From positions 5,704,001 through 5,768,000 of the forward strand of contig JAWMAR010000029.1 of assembly GCA_036785375.1 (NCBI GenBank): DNA of 64,000 nt. Direction: 5' to 3'. The notes below the pieces were generated by a model. That model saw nothing but the letters and a program-made list of their open reading frames with translations. It did no database searches and was not told the DNA's origin. Below are positions 63,803 through 64,000 of this stretch, piece by piece. The first letter of the stretch is position 1. Every line of letters begins with the position of its first letter. Origin of the DNA: Leucoraja ocellata. Its lineage: Eukaryota. The translations under genes and the position numbers were made by a program.

Positions 63803-63961
63803 AGGAAGGAACTGCTGATGCTTGTGTAAACCGAAGATAGACACTAAATGCTGGAGTAGCTCAGCGGGACAGGCAGCATTTCTGGAGACCTATTCGTCAC
63901 CCTTTCCTTCTCTCCAGAGATGCTGCCTGTGCCGCTGAGTTACTCCACCATTTTGTGTCTA
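63803..63961. mobile_element. 159-bp two-ended (inverted) Penelope pLTR insertion
   Basis: 15-bp TSD tcctcttgattgtga at 63788-63802 and 63962-63976. Arms are mutual reverse complements (atgctggagtagctcagcgggacaggcagcat / atgctgcctgtgccgctgagttactccaccat). Confidence 0.88.
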
Positions 63962-64000
63962 TCCTCTTGATTGTGATGTGGGAATGTGGCTGATTCTTCC

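Overview
Vertebrate (eukaryotic) genomic DNA, most likely a cartilaginous fish such as a skate or ray. That assignment is an inference from the repeat content: HE1/V-SINE-like SINEs, shark-type CR1 LINEs and Penelope elements. The window reads as intronic sequence of a large + strand gene. One clear coding exon (11060-11130, [24 protein letters not shown]) matches the BAH domain of RERE/Atrophin-2. A second candidate is a 15-nt, frame-preserving microexon (58408-58422, KCQES) with a TACTAAC branch point, UGC repeats and a GTAAGT donor. The rest is AT-rich unique intron plus a dense transposon layer: CR1 and other LINE fragments, V-SINEs, two decayed IR/DR Tc1 elements, hAT and Harbinger ends, a possible solo LTR, and over 20 copies of a Penelope terminal repeat (pLTR) that carries a minimal hammerhead ribozyme. 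Several pLTR copies are 93-170 bp insertions with their own 12-18 bp target-site duplications, some with a two-ended inverted architecture. There is a 200-N assembly gap at 18158-18357. Almost all listed ORFs are spurious or repeat-derived. Repeat boundaries were read by eye and are approximate unless a TSD or TIR is quoted. Family names come from recalled consensus motifs, not from a database search.
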